From contig CAWDVE010000013.1 in the NCBI GenBank assembly GCA_963805625.1, positions 320,001 through 384,000 on the forward strand: a DNA stretch of 64,000 nucleotides, written 5' to 3'. The position numbers were made by a program, and so were the translations under genes. Positions 1 to 8,877 of this stretch are shown piece after piece; position 1 is the first letter of the stretch; each line of letters opens with the position of its first letter. The notes beneath the pieces are model-generated. The model was given only the letters and a program-made list of their open reading frames with translations. It had not been told where the DNA came from and searched no databases. This DNA is from an uncultured Candidatus Rokubacteria bacterium. Its GTDB lineage: Bacteria; Methylomirabilota; Methylomirabilia; Rokubacteriales; DASRDR01.

Positions 1-1
1 C

Positions 2-220
2 GTGGCGCCCTTCACCGGCGACCGGGGGGACGTCGCAGCCAAGTCCACCTGGAAGGACGGCGTGCGCAGGCTTGAGATCGCCCGGAAGCGCGCGACCGGA
101 AGCGATTTTGACGTGCAGTTCACCGACAAGAAGGAGTACGCTTTCGCCGTTGCGGTCTTCGACAATGTGCAGGTGCGACACGCCTACACGCCGGGCGTGC
201 TGAAGCTCGTTCTCGAGTAG
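2..220 (+). CDS. C-terminal fragment of an ethylbenzene-dehydrogenase-gamma-like (DOMON/EB_dh) heme b protein, truncated by the window edge
   Basis: WKDG..LEIARK..G..DVQF and FAVAVFDN motifs typical of EB_dh C-termini. Confidence 0.7.
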   Translation: MAPFTGDRGDVAAKSTWKDGVRRLEIARKRATGSDFDVQFTDKKEYAFAVAVFDNVQVRHAYTPGVLKLVLE

Positions 221-362
221 GTCGACGGAGAGGATCGCCGGGAGGGGCCACCCCCTCCCGGCGTCGCGCCGACGCACGGGGTGGGATGCGAAGCCACCTT
301 CGGGCCGCGGCGCTGGTTCGCTGATCGCCTGGGACTCGGCAGGGAGGAGGGCCCTGAGTGAC

Positions 363-1553
363 GTGTTGGTGACGTCGCGTTTTCCCTCGTGCGTTGTCAT
401 CCTCGTGGCGGGCTTGCTGCTCTGCCGAGTCTCGGCGGCAGCGTCCGAGCCCGTGTTCAGCTCGACGCAGGATCCGGTCGCGGGTTCCCGGATCTTCGGA
501 GAAAAGGGCTGCGCACGCTGCCACGCGATCAACGGTGTCGGTGGTAAAGTCGGTCCGGATCTCGGGAGACTGCCCCGCGCCCGATCGTTCTACGATCTGG
601 CCGCCGCCATGTGGAACCACCTGCCGCGCATGGCCGAACGCATGCGCCAGCTCGGGATTCCCCGCCCCCGCTTGGACGCCCGTGAAACCGGTGATCTGGT
701 CGCGTTCCTGTACACGCTCAACTACTTCGATCCGCCCGGTAATCCCGGGGCCGGGCAGCGGCTCTTCACCGAGAAGAAGTGTGTGGTCTGCCACCAGGTA
801 GGCGGGACCGGAGGGGTGATCGGGCCGAATCTCGACGCGCTGGGACAGTACGGGTCCCCGATCTTCGTCGCCGCGGCCATGTGGAATCACGGCCCGGGCA
901 TGGCCGAGGCGATGCGCGCCAAGGGCGTCGCACGGCCCACGTTCAGAGATCGCGAGCTCGTCGACCTGATCGCGTACATCCGGTCCGCCGGCCCGAAAAC
1001 CGGTGACGAGCCGCTCTACGTCCTGCCGGGCCGAGCCGAGACGGGCCGACGGCTGTTCACCGAGCAGCGCTGCGCCGACTGCCACGGCCCCGCCGGAAAG
1101 GGTGGCGGGATCGGGCCGGACCTGGCGGGGCGTGGCGTGCAGCGCAGCCTCACGGAGTTCGCAACCTCCATGTGGAACAAGGCGCCGGCCATGACAGAGG
1201 CCATGCGCGCGCGGGGTATCCCCGTCCCGCAACTCTCCGCCGAGGGGATGGCCGACATCGTCGCCTACCTCTACGCGGTCGGATACTTCGCGGTCCCCGG
1301 CGATATCCAGCGAGGAGCCCGGATCGCGCGGGACAAAGGGTGCCTCCAGTGCCACACGGTCCGGGCACCGGGAGGGACGGCGCCCACCGATCTCGCGCGC
1401 GCCGCAGGGCTGGAGTCTCCGGCAGCGGTCGTCGCAGCGCTCTGGAACCACAGCTTCGCGGGGGCAGGGCGACCCGGGGCCTGGCCGGAACTCCGTCCGG
1501 CGGAGGTGGCGGACCTGGAGGCTTACCTCCGGAGTCTGGGAGGGACGCGCTAG
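363..1553 (+). CDS. Tetraheme cytochrome c made of four tandem class-I-like domains
   Basis: Signal peptide; CARCH, CVVCH, CADCH, CLQCH, each followed by a (M/L)WN(H/K) motif. Confidence 0.9.
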   Translation: MLVTSRFPSCVVILVAGLLLCRVSAAASEPVFSSTQDPVAGSRIFGEKGCARCHAINGVGGKVGPDLGRLPRARSFYDLAAAMWNHLPRMAERMRQLGIPRPRLDARETGDLVAFLYTLNYFDPPGNPGAGQRLFTEKKCVVCHQVGGTGGVIGPNLDALGQYGSPIFVAAAMWNHGPGMAEAMRAKGVARPTFRDRELVDLIAYIRSAGPKTGDEPLYVLPGRAETGRRLFTEQRCADCHGPAGKGGGIGPDLAGRGVQRSLTEFATSMWNKAPAMTEAMRARGIPVPQLSAEGMADIVAYLYAVGYFAVPGDIQRGARIARDKGCLQCHTVRAPGGTAPTDLARAAGLESPAAVVAALWNHSFAGAGRPGAWPELRPAEVADLEAYLRSLGGTR

Positions 1554-2896
1554 TGCCGCGGCGGCGGTGGCTCCCCCGGCAGATGGTGCCCTGCGCCCTC
1601 ATCTTGGCTGGTATCGGGGCCGCGTCGTTCCAGGCGGTGGCCCAGCAGCCCTCGACGGGCCCGCCGGGTGGAATCGCGCCGGTGGCAGAGAGCTGCGTCA
1701 CCTGCCACCTCGAGATCGGGGACGAGCGCCTGGCGGCGCCCGTCAAGGCGTTCCCGAAGGACATTCATGCCGCCAAGGGCTTCGGGTGCACGGCTTGCCA
1801 CGGAGGCGATCCCAAGGAAACCGGCATGGAGGCGATGGATCCCGCCAAGGGCTACATCGGCAAGCCAGGCCGACGGGAGATCCTCCAAGTCTGTGGCCGC
1901 TGTCACTCGGATGCCCGGTTCATGAAGCGCTACAATCCGAGTCTGCGCGTGGACCAGGTCTCCGAGTACTTCACCTCCGTGCACGGAAGACGGCTCCGGG
2001 AAAGCGGTGACGCCAAGGTCGCCGTCTGCACCAGCTGCCATCCCGCCCACTCGATCGCCCCCCCTTCGGATCCGCAGTCCAGCGTGCATCCGCTCCGCGT
2101 CGCAGAGACCTGTGGGCGCTGCCACGCGGACCCCGCGCACATGGCCGGCTACAAGATCCCGACCGATCAGCTGCAGAAGTACAAGGGCAGCATCCACTGG
2201 GCCACGATGTCCCAGAAGGGCGACCTCTCCGCCCCGACCTGCAACGACTGTCACGGGAACCACGGGGCCGCCCCGCCGGGCGTGTCCTGGGTCGGCAACG
2301 TGTGCGGCCAGTGCCACACGGTGATGGCGGAGCTCTTCGCCAAGAGCCCGCACGCGAAGGCCTTCACCCAGATGGGCGTGCCCGGCTGCGCCGGATGCCA
2401 CGAGAACCACGAGATCAAGGCCGCGAGCGATGCGATGCTGGGCATGGGCGACGGCGCCGTGTGCGCCGGGTGCCACGCCTCTGACGACAAGGGAGGATCG
2501 GCCGCAGTCCGGATGCGGGCGCTCATCGACGGCCTCGCGGCCGAGCATGGGCGGGCGCAGGCGATCCTGTCCCAGGCCGAGCACGCGGGGATGGAAGTGA
2601 GCCAGGCCCAGTTCGACCTCAACGGGGCGAAGGACGCGCTGGTCAAGGCGCGGGCTGCCGTCCATGCGTTCGCGCTGACCGCGGTGCAGAAGGAGGCGGA
2701 GGCCGGGGTGGCGGTGGCGACCAGGGCTCACGCCCGGGGCGTCCGAGCCCTCGAGGAGCTTCGCTTCCGCCGGGTTGGGCTGACCGTCTCCGTGGCGATC
2801 ATCGTGGCGCTGATCGCCGGCCTCGCCCTCAAGATCCGCGAACTGGATCGCCGCGCCGCGCGGCGGGAGTCGCAAGCGAAGGAGGACATGCGATGA
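1553..2896 (+). CDS. Nonaheme cytochrome c (c3-family-like) with C-terminal membrane anchor
   Basis: 9 CxxCH; signal peptide; C-terminal hydrophobic helix; GTG overlapping the upstream stop (ATG 1583 is an alternative start). Confidence 0.9.
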   Translation: MPRRRWLPRQMVPCALILAGIGAASFQAVAQQPSTGPPGGIAPVAESCVTCHLEIGDERLAAPVKAFPKDIHAAKGFGCTACHGGDPKETGMEAMDPAKGYIGKPGRREILQVCGRCHSDARFMKRYNPSLRVDQVSEYFTSVHGRRLRESGDAKVAVCTSCHPAHSIAPPSDPQSSVHPLRVAETCGRCHADPAHMAGYKIPTDQLQKYKGSIHWATMSQKGDLSAPTCNDCHGNHGAAPPGVSWVGNVCGQCHTVMAELFAKSPHAKAFTQMGVPGCAGCHENHEIKAASDAMLGMGDGAVCAGCHASDDKGGSAAVRMRALIDGLAAEHGRAQAILSQAEHAGMEVSQAQFDLNGAKDALVKARAAVHAFALTAVQKEAEAGVAVATRAHARGVRALEELRFRRVGLTVSVAIIVALIAGLALKIRELDRRAARRESQAKEDMR

Positions 2897-3348
2897 CGGA
2901 TGGGGTGCTGGCGGAGGAGCGGAACCGGCGGGGGTTCCTGAACTGGTTCCTGGGCACCAGCGCGGTGGGATTCGCGCTCTCCGTCCTTTATCCGCTGAGC
3001 CGCTACCTCGTTCCCCCGCCGACGGGGGAGTCCAGCGCCGTCAGCGTCACCCTGTCCATCAAGCCGGACGACGTGAAGCCGAACTCGGGGCAGATCTTCA
3101 AATTCGGGAGCCGGCCCGGCCTGCTCGTCCGGACGCCGGCCGGGGAGCTTCGGGCCTTCTCGGCCGTCTGCACCCATCTGAACTGCACCGTCCAGTACCG
3201 GCCGGACCTGAGCCACATCTGGTGCGCCTGTCACAACGGCCACTTCGACCTGAACGGCACGAACATCGCCGGGCCGCCGCCGCGTCCCCTGGAGCCGCTC
3301 GTCGTCAACGCTCGGGGAAACCAGATCGTCGTGACCAAGGGCGCCTGA
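2893..3348 (+). CDS. qcrA: Rieske 2Fe-2S subunit of a Rieske/cytochrome b complex
   Basis: Tat-like NRRGFL; CTHLNC and CACHNG Rieske boxes; GPPPRPL. Confidence 0.93.
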   Translation: MTDGVLAEERNRRGFLNWFLGTSAVGFALSVLYPLSRYLVPPPTGESSAVSVTLSIKPDDVKPNSGQIFKFGSRPGLLVRTPAGELRAFSAVCTHLNCTVQYRPDLSHIWCACHNGHFDLNGTNIAGPPPRPLEPLVVNARGNQIVVTKGA

Positions 3349-3351
3349 GTC

Positions 3352-4449
3352 ATGGCGGCTCCTGGGACGACGCGCGGCCGGCTCTGGCACTGGCTCGACG
3401 CGCGTGTCGGGTTGGCCGACCTCGAGAAGCTCGCGAAGAAGAAAGCGGTGCCGCTGCACCGCCACGCGTTCTGGTACTACTTCGGCGGGATGACGCTCTT
3501 CCTTTTCATGGTCCAGGTTTCGACGGGAATTCTTCTCCTCCTCTACTATCGTCCCAGTGCCGAGGAGGCCTACGAATCCATTCAGTTCCTGATGGCCGAG
3601 GTGCAGTTCGGATGGCTCGTCCGCTCGATCCACGCGTGGGCCGCAAACCTGATGATCTTCGTCCTCTTCGTGCACCTCTTCAGCGTGCTGCTCCTCAAGG
3701 CCTATCGCGCACCGCGAGAGCTGACCTGGGTATCGGGCGTCGTCCTGATGGCGCTGGCGATGGCGTTCGGCTTCACCGGCTACCTCCTCCCCTGGAACGA
3801 ACTGGCCTACTTCGCGACCAAGGTCGGGACCGAGATCACGGGCGCGGTTCCTCTGGTCGGGGCGTTCCTGCTGCGGCTGCTGCGCGGAGGAAGCGAGGTC
3901 ACCGGAGCCACGCTGACGCGCTTCTACGGGATCCACGTGGCGATTCTTCCGGCCGTCACCATGCTGCTCCTCGGCCTGCACCTCTTCCTGGTGCAGAAGC
4001 ACGGGATGAGCGTGCCCCCGAGCATCGAGCGCGAGGGAAAGCCGGCCCGCACCATGCCCTTCATGCCGAACTTCCTGCTCCGCGATCTGGTGGGGTGGCT
4101 CTCGGTCCTGGCGGTTCTGGCGGCGCTCGCCGCCTTCTTCCCTGCCGAGCTGGGCAAGAAGGCCGATCCGTTCGCGTCGGCTCCGGCCGGAATCAAGCCC
4201 GAATGGTACTTCATGTTCATGTTCCAGACGCTCAAGTACCTGCCCGCCACCATCATGAAGATCGAGGGCGAGATCGTCGGGGTGCTCGGCTTCGGACTCG
4301 GCGGGCTGTTCCTCCTTCTCATCCCGTTCCTCGATCGGCGGGCTGATCGAGGAGACCGAACCAGGTTGTTCACGTGGATCGGGCTCGCGATCATCGCGTA
4401 CATGATCGTGCTGACCTATCTGGGCTACACGGCGAGCCCCACCAAGTGA
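3352..4449 (+). CDS. qcrB: Cytochrome b (fused b/subunit IV)
   Basis: [26 protein letters not shown], Qo-site PEWY. Confidence 0.95.
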   Translation: MAAPGTTRGRLWHWLDARVGLADLEKLAKKKAVPLHRHAFWYYFGGMTLFLFMVQVSTGILLLLYYRPSAEEAYESIQFLMAEVQFGWLVRSIHAWAANLMIFVLFVHLFSVLLLKAYRAPRELTWVSGVVLMALAMAFGFTGYLLPWNELAYFATKVGTEITGAVPLVGAFLLRLLRGGSEVTGATLTRFYGIHVAILPAVTMLLLGLHLFLVQKHGMSVPPSIEREGKPARTMPFMPNFLLRDLVGWLSVLAVLAALAAFFPAELGKKADPFASAPAGIKPEWYFMFMFQTLKYLPATIMKIEGEIVGVLGFGLGGLFLLLIPFLDRRADRGDRTRLFTWIGLAIIAYMIVLTYLGYTASPTK

Positions 4450-5075
4450 CCTGCCGGACGATCGTCCTGGGAACCGTGCTGGCGGGCGGCGCCGCTCTGG
4501 CACTCGTCTCCGGGGCGGGCGGCGCCTCATCGCCCGGGGACCCGACGCGGGGCCAGGCGGTCTTCGCCGCCAAGCAGTGCGGGAGCTGCCATCTTCCCGG
4601 CGCGCAGGGACCGGGTCTGGGCCCGGCCCTCGAGGTCCTGCGACGGCCGCAGGGCGCGTACGAGCTCTGCGGCCGGCTCTGGAACCACGCCCCAGCGATG
4701 CTCGCCCACCTGGCGGGACGCGGAATCGAGTGGCCGGTGATCGACGCGGCCGAGATGGAGGACCTGATGGCATATCTCGGCGCCGACCCGGCCCGAGACC
4801 CCACGCCGAACCTTCAGGTCGGTCAGGTGACGCTCCTCCGCAAAGGCTGCCTGAAATGCCACAGCCTGAGGGGCGAGGGAGCGCACCTCGCGCCCGAGTT
4901 AGCCCGCTCCCGAGTCGTCGCCGATCCCCCGGCCACATGGGCGGCGCGGATGTGGCGCCACACGCCAATGATGGCGACGAAGGCCCAGGAACTCGGTATT
5001 CTGTACCCAAGATTCGCCGCGCACGAGATGACGCATCTCATCGGCTTCCTGAGAAACATGGCGGCGTTACCCTGA
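4446..5075 (+). CDS. Diheme cytochrome c, paralogous to the domains of 363-1553
   Basis: CGSCH, CLKCH; LWNHAPAM and MWRHTPMM motifs; GTGA overlap with cytochrome b. Confidence 0.85.
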   Translation: MTCRTIVLGTVLAGGAALALVSGAGGASSPGDPTRGQAVFAAKQCGSCHLPGAQGPGLGPALEVLRRPQGAYELCGRLWNHAPAMLAHLAGRGIEWPVIDAAEMEDLMAYLGADPARDPTPNLQVGQVTLLRKGCLKCHSLRGEGAHLAPELARSRVVADPPATWAARMWRHTPMMATKAQELGILYPRFAAHEMTHLIGFLRNMAALP

Positions 5076-5091
5076 GGGGAGGAGCGAAGCG

Positions 5092-5460
5092 ATGTCACAG
5101 TACCGATCCAGTGGTCTGACCCTCGTCGGCGGTCTCTTGCTGGCTGGGTCGCTCGTCGTGCTGGCCGATGCCCAGGTGAAGGCCCCGCCAGACTTCACGT
5201 TCGAGCAAGGAAAGGAGAGTCCCGGGACCGTCAGCTTCAGCCACGACAAGCACAAGGAGTCCGGCGTAGACAAGTGTCAGGCCTGCCACACCAAGATCTT
5301 CAAGATGAAGAAGGGCACGTCCGGGCCCCTCGTGATGGAGAAGATGAAGGCTGGCGAGCAGTGCGGCACCTGCCACAACGCCACGGCAAAGGTGGCCGAC
5401 AAAGTCGTGTTCGGGGTCTCGGACAAGGAGAACTGTGCGAGGTGCCACAAGAAGTCATAG
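5092..5460 (+). CDS. c7-type triheme periplasmic cytochrome
   Basis: Signal peptide; FSHDKH, CQACH, CGTCH, CARCH; GGAGG RBS. Confidence 0.9.
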   Translation: MSQYRSSGLTLVGGLLLAGSLVVLADAQVKAPPDFTFEQGKESPGTVSFSHDKHKESGVDKCQACHTKIFKMKKGTSGPLVMEKMKAGEQCGTCHNATAKVADKVVFGVSDKENCARCHKKS

Positions 5461-5493
5461 CGGCGGAAGTCCGTGCACCATGCCCACCCTCCT

Positions 5494-5524
5494 CCGATCG
5501 CCCCGCCGGTGGCGGGGCGATCGG
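5494..5524. terminator. Perfect 14-bp GC hairpin (mRNA stabiliser or attenuator) after the c7 gene
   Basis: CCGATCGCCCCGCC-GGT-GGCGGGGCGATCGG; no U-tract. Confidence 0.6.
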
Positions 5525-5694
5525 CTCGGCGGCGACGCCACCCCGGTGGTGCCGGAATTTCAGCCGTCCCCCGCGGACAACCGGGTGAGCCCGGGCTATC
5601 GGGATCTTGACGTGCCGGCCACCTGGGACCGCTGGCTCCGACCCCGGAGGCGCCTGCCATCGGGACGGGCCCGACCCGCCAAGAGACACGGCTA

Positions 5695-6627
5695 GTGTCC
5701 GAGACCGTCGCGGCTAACCCGCCGAGCCGGCGTCGCGGGCGCCGCGTGCACGTGGTCCTCATCGTGACCGTCCTCGCGCTGCTGGCGGGAGGCGTCGCCC
5801 TCACCGGGCTCTGGGAGTTCAGCTCGAGCCCCATGTTCTGCAACTCGTGCCACATCATGAAGCCCTACGTGAGCGCCTGGCAGACCTCGAAGCACAACCA
5901 AGTCGCCTGCGTCCAATGCCACTATCCGCCGGGCTTCCGTGACACGATCTGGGTCAAGTACCAAGCGCTCACCCAGGTGGTGAAGTGGGCGACCCACACG
6001 TACAGCTCGAAGCCGTTCGCCGAGGTCGAGAACGGGAGCTGCCTCCGCTCGGGCTGCCACTCGGAGCAGGCTCTCCAAGAAAAGGTCACGTACAAGCACG
6101 GCATCGCCTTCCAGCACACGCCACATCTCACCCAGGGGCGGCGCGGCCTCCAGCTCCGCTGCACGAGCTGTCATACGCAGATGGTGGTGGAGCGGCACAT
6201 CGACATCGCCGATACGACGTGCTTCCTGTGCCACTTCAAGGGCACGAAGGCAGCCCGCGAACTCACCCCGTTCGCCGGCTGTACCGGATGCCATCAGCCG
6301 CCGAAGGGAGACATCCGGATCGGCTCGCTGCGCTTCAACCACGAGGAGGTGCAGCGGCGTGGTGTGGCCTGCCAGAAGTGTCACCTGACCGTGGTGCAAG
6401 GGGACGGGGTGGCCCCCCGGGAACGCTGCTACACCTGTCACAACCAGCCCGAGAAGATCGGGAAGTACGCCGACACCGCGGTGGTCCACCACGTCCACGT
6501 GACGACCCACAACATCGAGTGCACACGGTGCCACACGGAGATCACGCACCGGCTACCGCCTCCCATAGGCCTCCCAGGGGTAGCCGACGGTGGCACGAAC
6601 CGCCTCGAAACGCTGGTGAGTCGATGA
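5695..6627 (+). CDS. NapC/NirT-like membrane-anchored multiheme cytochrome
   Basis: N-terminal TM; FCNSCHIM..Y..W..S.H..V.CVQCH NapC signature; 8 CxxCH plus CLRSGCH. Confidence 0.9.
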   Translation: MSETVAANPPSRRRGRRVHVVLIVTVLALLAGGVALTGLWEFSSSPMFCNSCHIMKPYVSAWQTSKHNQVACVQCHYPPGFRDTIWVKYQALTQVVKWATHTYSSKPFAEVENGSCLRSGCHSEQALQEKVTYKHGIAFQHTPHLTQGRRGLQLRCTSCHTQMVVERHIDIADTTCFLCHFKGTKAARELTPFAGCTGCHQPPKGDIRIGSLRFNHEEVQRRGVACQKCHLTVVQGDGVAPRERCYTCHNQPEKIGKYADTAVVHHVHVTTHNIECTRCHTEITHRLPPPIGLPGVADGGTNRLETLVSR

Positions 6628-7967
6628 GGCGGCTGCTCGTGGCTGTCCTCGCGCTGGGACTCGCAGGGACGGCGCCGACCGGCGGCCTGCGCCCCGCCGT
6701 AGCCCAGGCGCCACCGGCCAAGTCGCCGATGGAGCGCCCGGAGGTGCGGCCACCAGAGCGCCCGCACGGACCGGGAGAGTTGGACTGCCTGTCCTGTCAC
6801 CAGGGCAAGCACCGCGGCGTGCTGAGCATGTACCTGGGGATGGGCGGGCGCGGCACCCCCATGATCCCGAGCCACATGGTCCAGGTCAGGGTAGAGTGCG
6901 TGGCCTGCCACACGGTGCCCAAGGAAGAGGCGACACAGTCGAGCATCGTCGGCCAGACGTTCAGGCCAAGCGAGCGGGCCTGCGTCGACTGTCACGGGGA
7001 GGCATACCGAGGGATGCTCGGACGGTGGAGCACCATCCTGGCCCGAATGCGGGACATCGTGGGGCCCAAGCTATCGACCGCGCGGGAGACGCTCACCGCG
7101 GCGGATCCCAAGCACGCCAGGCTCGCGCGGGCCCGACAGCTCGTGGACGATGCCGAGTTCAACCTTCGCTTCGTCGCGCTCGCCAAGGGAGTGCATAACG
7201 TCTTCTACGCCGCGGACCTCCTGAAGCTTGCCAACGGCTGGGCCGACGAGGCAGCGACCCTGGTGGGAAAGCCGCTGCCGAAGGGCGACGACCTTCTGGT
7301 GCGCGGCGGCTACTGTGCGGTGCTGTGCCATGAGCAGGCGGGCGTCAAGCCCAAGGCGACGGTGACCTTCAGAGGGCAGCAGCTGCCGCATGACCGCCAC
7401 GTGAACGAGCTTGGCGCCACTTGCACCTCGTGCCACTCGGCCGAGACCCACCGGGCCGTGACAGCGACTCCCGCGACGTGCGCCGGCTGTCACCACGCGC
7501 CCGCGAACGAGCGGTGCGAGTCCTGCCACCGGGCCCAGGCTGCGCTCTTCCGCGGACAGGTGCAGGACGCGCCGCTACAGATCGAGCCGGATGTGATGGC
7601 GGCCGCCGTGACCTGCACGGGCTGTCACGACTGGAGCCGGAAGCATTCCCGGCAAGCCGTCGGAGACAAGTGCGTGGAGTGCCATGAGGCATCGTACCGG
7701 GCGCGGCTCGCCGAGTGGACGACCGGCTTCGATCGTGGCACCGCCGACGCGGCGGCCACGCTGCGGCGTGCGGAGTCCGCGCTGGCCGTTGCGCGCCGGG
7801 CCGGCCATCGCTCCGCGGAGGGGGAACGTCTCGTCAAGGAGGCGCAGCAAGCCCTGGCCCTCGTGCGGCGGGCGCGGCCCGTCCACAATGCGCTCGCCGC
7901 CGACGCACTGCTTGACGTGGTGCGGCAGAAGGCCGAGGCGGCCAGGGCGGAGGCCGCCCGCCGCTGA
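6624..7967 (+). CDS. Multiheme cytochrome c (8 CxxCH plus CAVLCH) with helical segments
   Basis: ATGA overlap with the upstream gene; signal peptide MRRLLVAVLALG. Confidence 0.88.
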   Translation: MRRLLVAVLALGLAGTAPTGGLRPAVAQAPPAKSPMERPEVRPPERPHGPGELDCLSCHQGKHRGVLSMYLGMGGRGTPMIPSHMVQVRVECVACHTVPKEEATQSSIVGQTFRPSERACVDCHGEAYRGMLGRWSTILARMRDIVGPKLSTARETLTAADPKHARLARARQLVDDAEFNLRFVALAKGVHNVFYAADLLKLANGWADEAATLVGKPLPKGDDLLVRGGYCAVLCHEQAGVKPKATVTFRGQQLPHDRHVNELGATCTSCHSAETHRAVTATPATCAGCHHAPANERCESCHRAQAALFRGQVQDAPLQIEPDVMAAAVTCTGCHDWSRKHSRQAVGDKCVECHEASYRARLAEWTTGFDRGTADAAATLRRAESALAVARRAGHRSAEGERLVKEAQQALALVRRARPVHNALAADALLDVVRQKAEAARAEAARR

Positions 7968-7989
7968 TGGGCAAGGAGACGGCCCAGAC

Positions 7990-8826
7990 ATGACCCGCGG
8001 TTGGCGGCCGCCTCCGCCCGACCCCGTCCGCCCAGACTGGCTCGTCGCCGGCCTGGCGGCCGTCGGCGTGATCCTGGCCGGCTACCTCACTTGGACGAAA
8101 GCAACGGGCGGGAGCGCTCTCTTCTGCACCGCGGCGGCCGGCTGCGAGGTTGTCCAGGCAAGCCGATACGCGATGCTCCTCGGGATCCCGACGGCGGCGT
8201 GGGGCGCCGCCCTCTACACCGTCGTCGGGGGGCTCGCCCTGGCCGGGCTCACGGCACGTCGTTGGCTGATCGCTTTCCTGCTGGTCGCCGGCGGCATGGG
8301 GTTTGCGGGCTACCTCACCTACCTTGAGCTGTTCGTGATCGCGGCCGTCTGCTGGTACTGCGTGGCCTCGGCGGCGATCACGCTCGCACTCCTCGGATCC
8401 TTGCTCGGCCGATGGCCGCGAGGGCGGCGACGAACCGGGGCCGCCCGTCTGGTCACGCTGGGGGCGGGCGCCGCCGTGGTCGCGGTCGTAGTCGGCCTTT
8501 CGGTGCACGCGCTGACCGCGCCCGGCGGCGCCTACGCCTACCAGGAGGCGCTCGCCCGCCATCTGGCGCAGAGCGGTGCCGTGATGTACGGGGCGTTCTG
8601 GTGACCCGCGTGCAAAGAGCAAAAGGCCCGGTTCGGGCCCGCGGCTGACCTTCTTCCGTACGTCGAGTGCGACCCGCGCGCGCCGAGCGCACAGCCCGAG
8701 CGCTGCAAGCGGGTCGACGTTCGCGGCTACCCGACCTGGGTCCTCAGCGGGCTTCGACACGAGGGCGCGATGACACTCGACGAGCTCGCCCGAGCCTCCG
8801 GATTCGTGTGGCGGGCGCCGGGGTAG
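7990..8826 (+). CDS. VKOR-thioredoxin fusion, probable selenoprotein (Sec at TGA 8602-8604)
   Basis: VKOR loop Cys pair and CWYC; the frame continues past TGA as YGAFW-U-PAC-KEQK..YVEC..C...GYPTW to TAG 8824-8826. Confidence 0.88.
8605..8644 (+). promoter_or_regulatory. Candidate bacterial SECIS element
   Basis: Upper stem GGCCCG-GTT-CGGGCC (8625-8639) with a G-initial loop 26 nt after the UGA; lower pairing CCGCG/CGCGG. Confidence 0.7.
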
Positions 8827-8877
8827 GACCCTGCTGGACACCGGGACGGCTCCTCGTGGGCAGTTCGTCCTCCAGTG

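Noticed and set aside
5435-5695. Small ORF between the c7 and NapC-like genes
   Set aside because: No recognisable motif or SD, and it spans a perfect hairpin; more likely intergenic
7684-8604. Truncated VKOR as given by the ORF track, or a nonsense pseudogene
   Set aside because: The TGA falls exactly on the redox Cys, the downstream domain is intact and a SECIS-like hairpin follows; the real start is 7990
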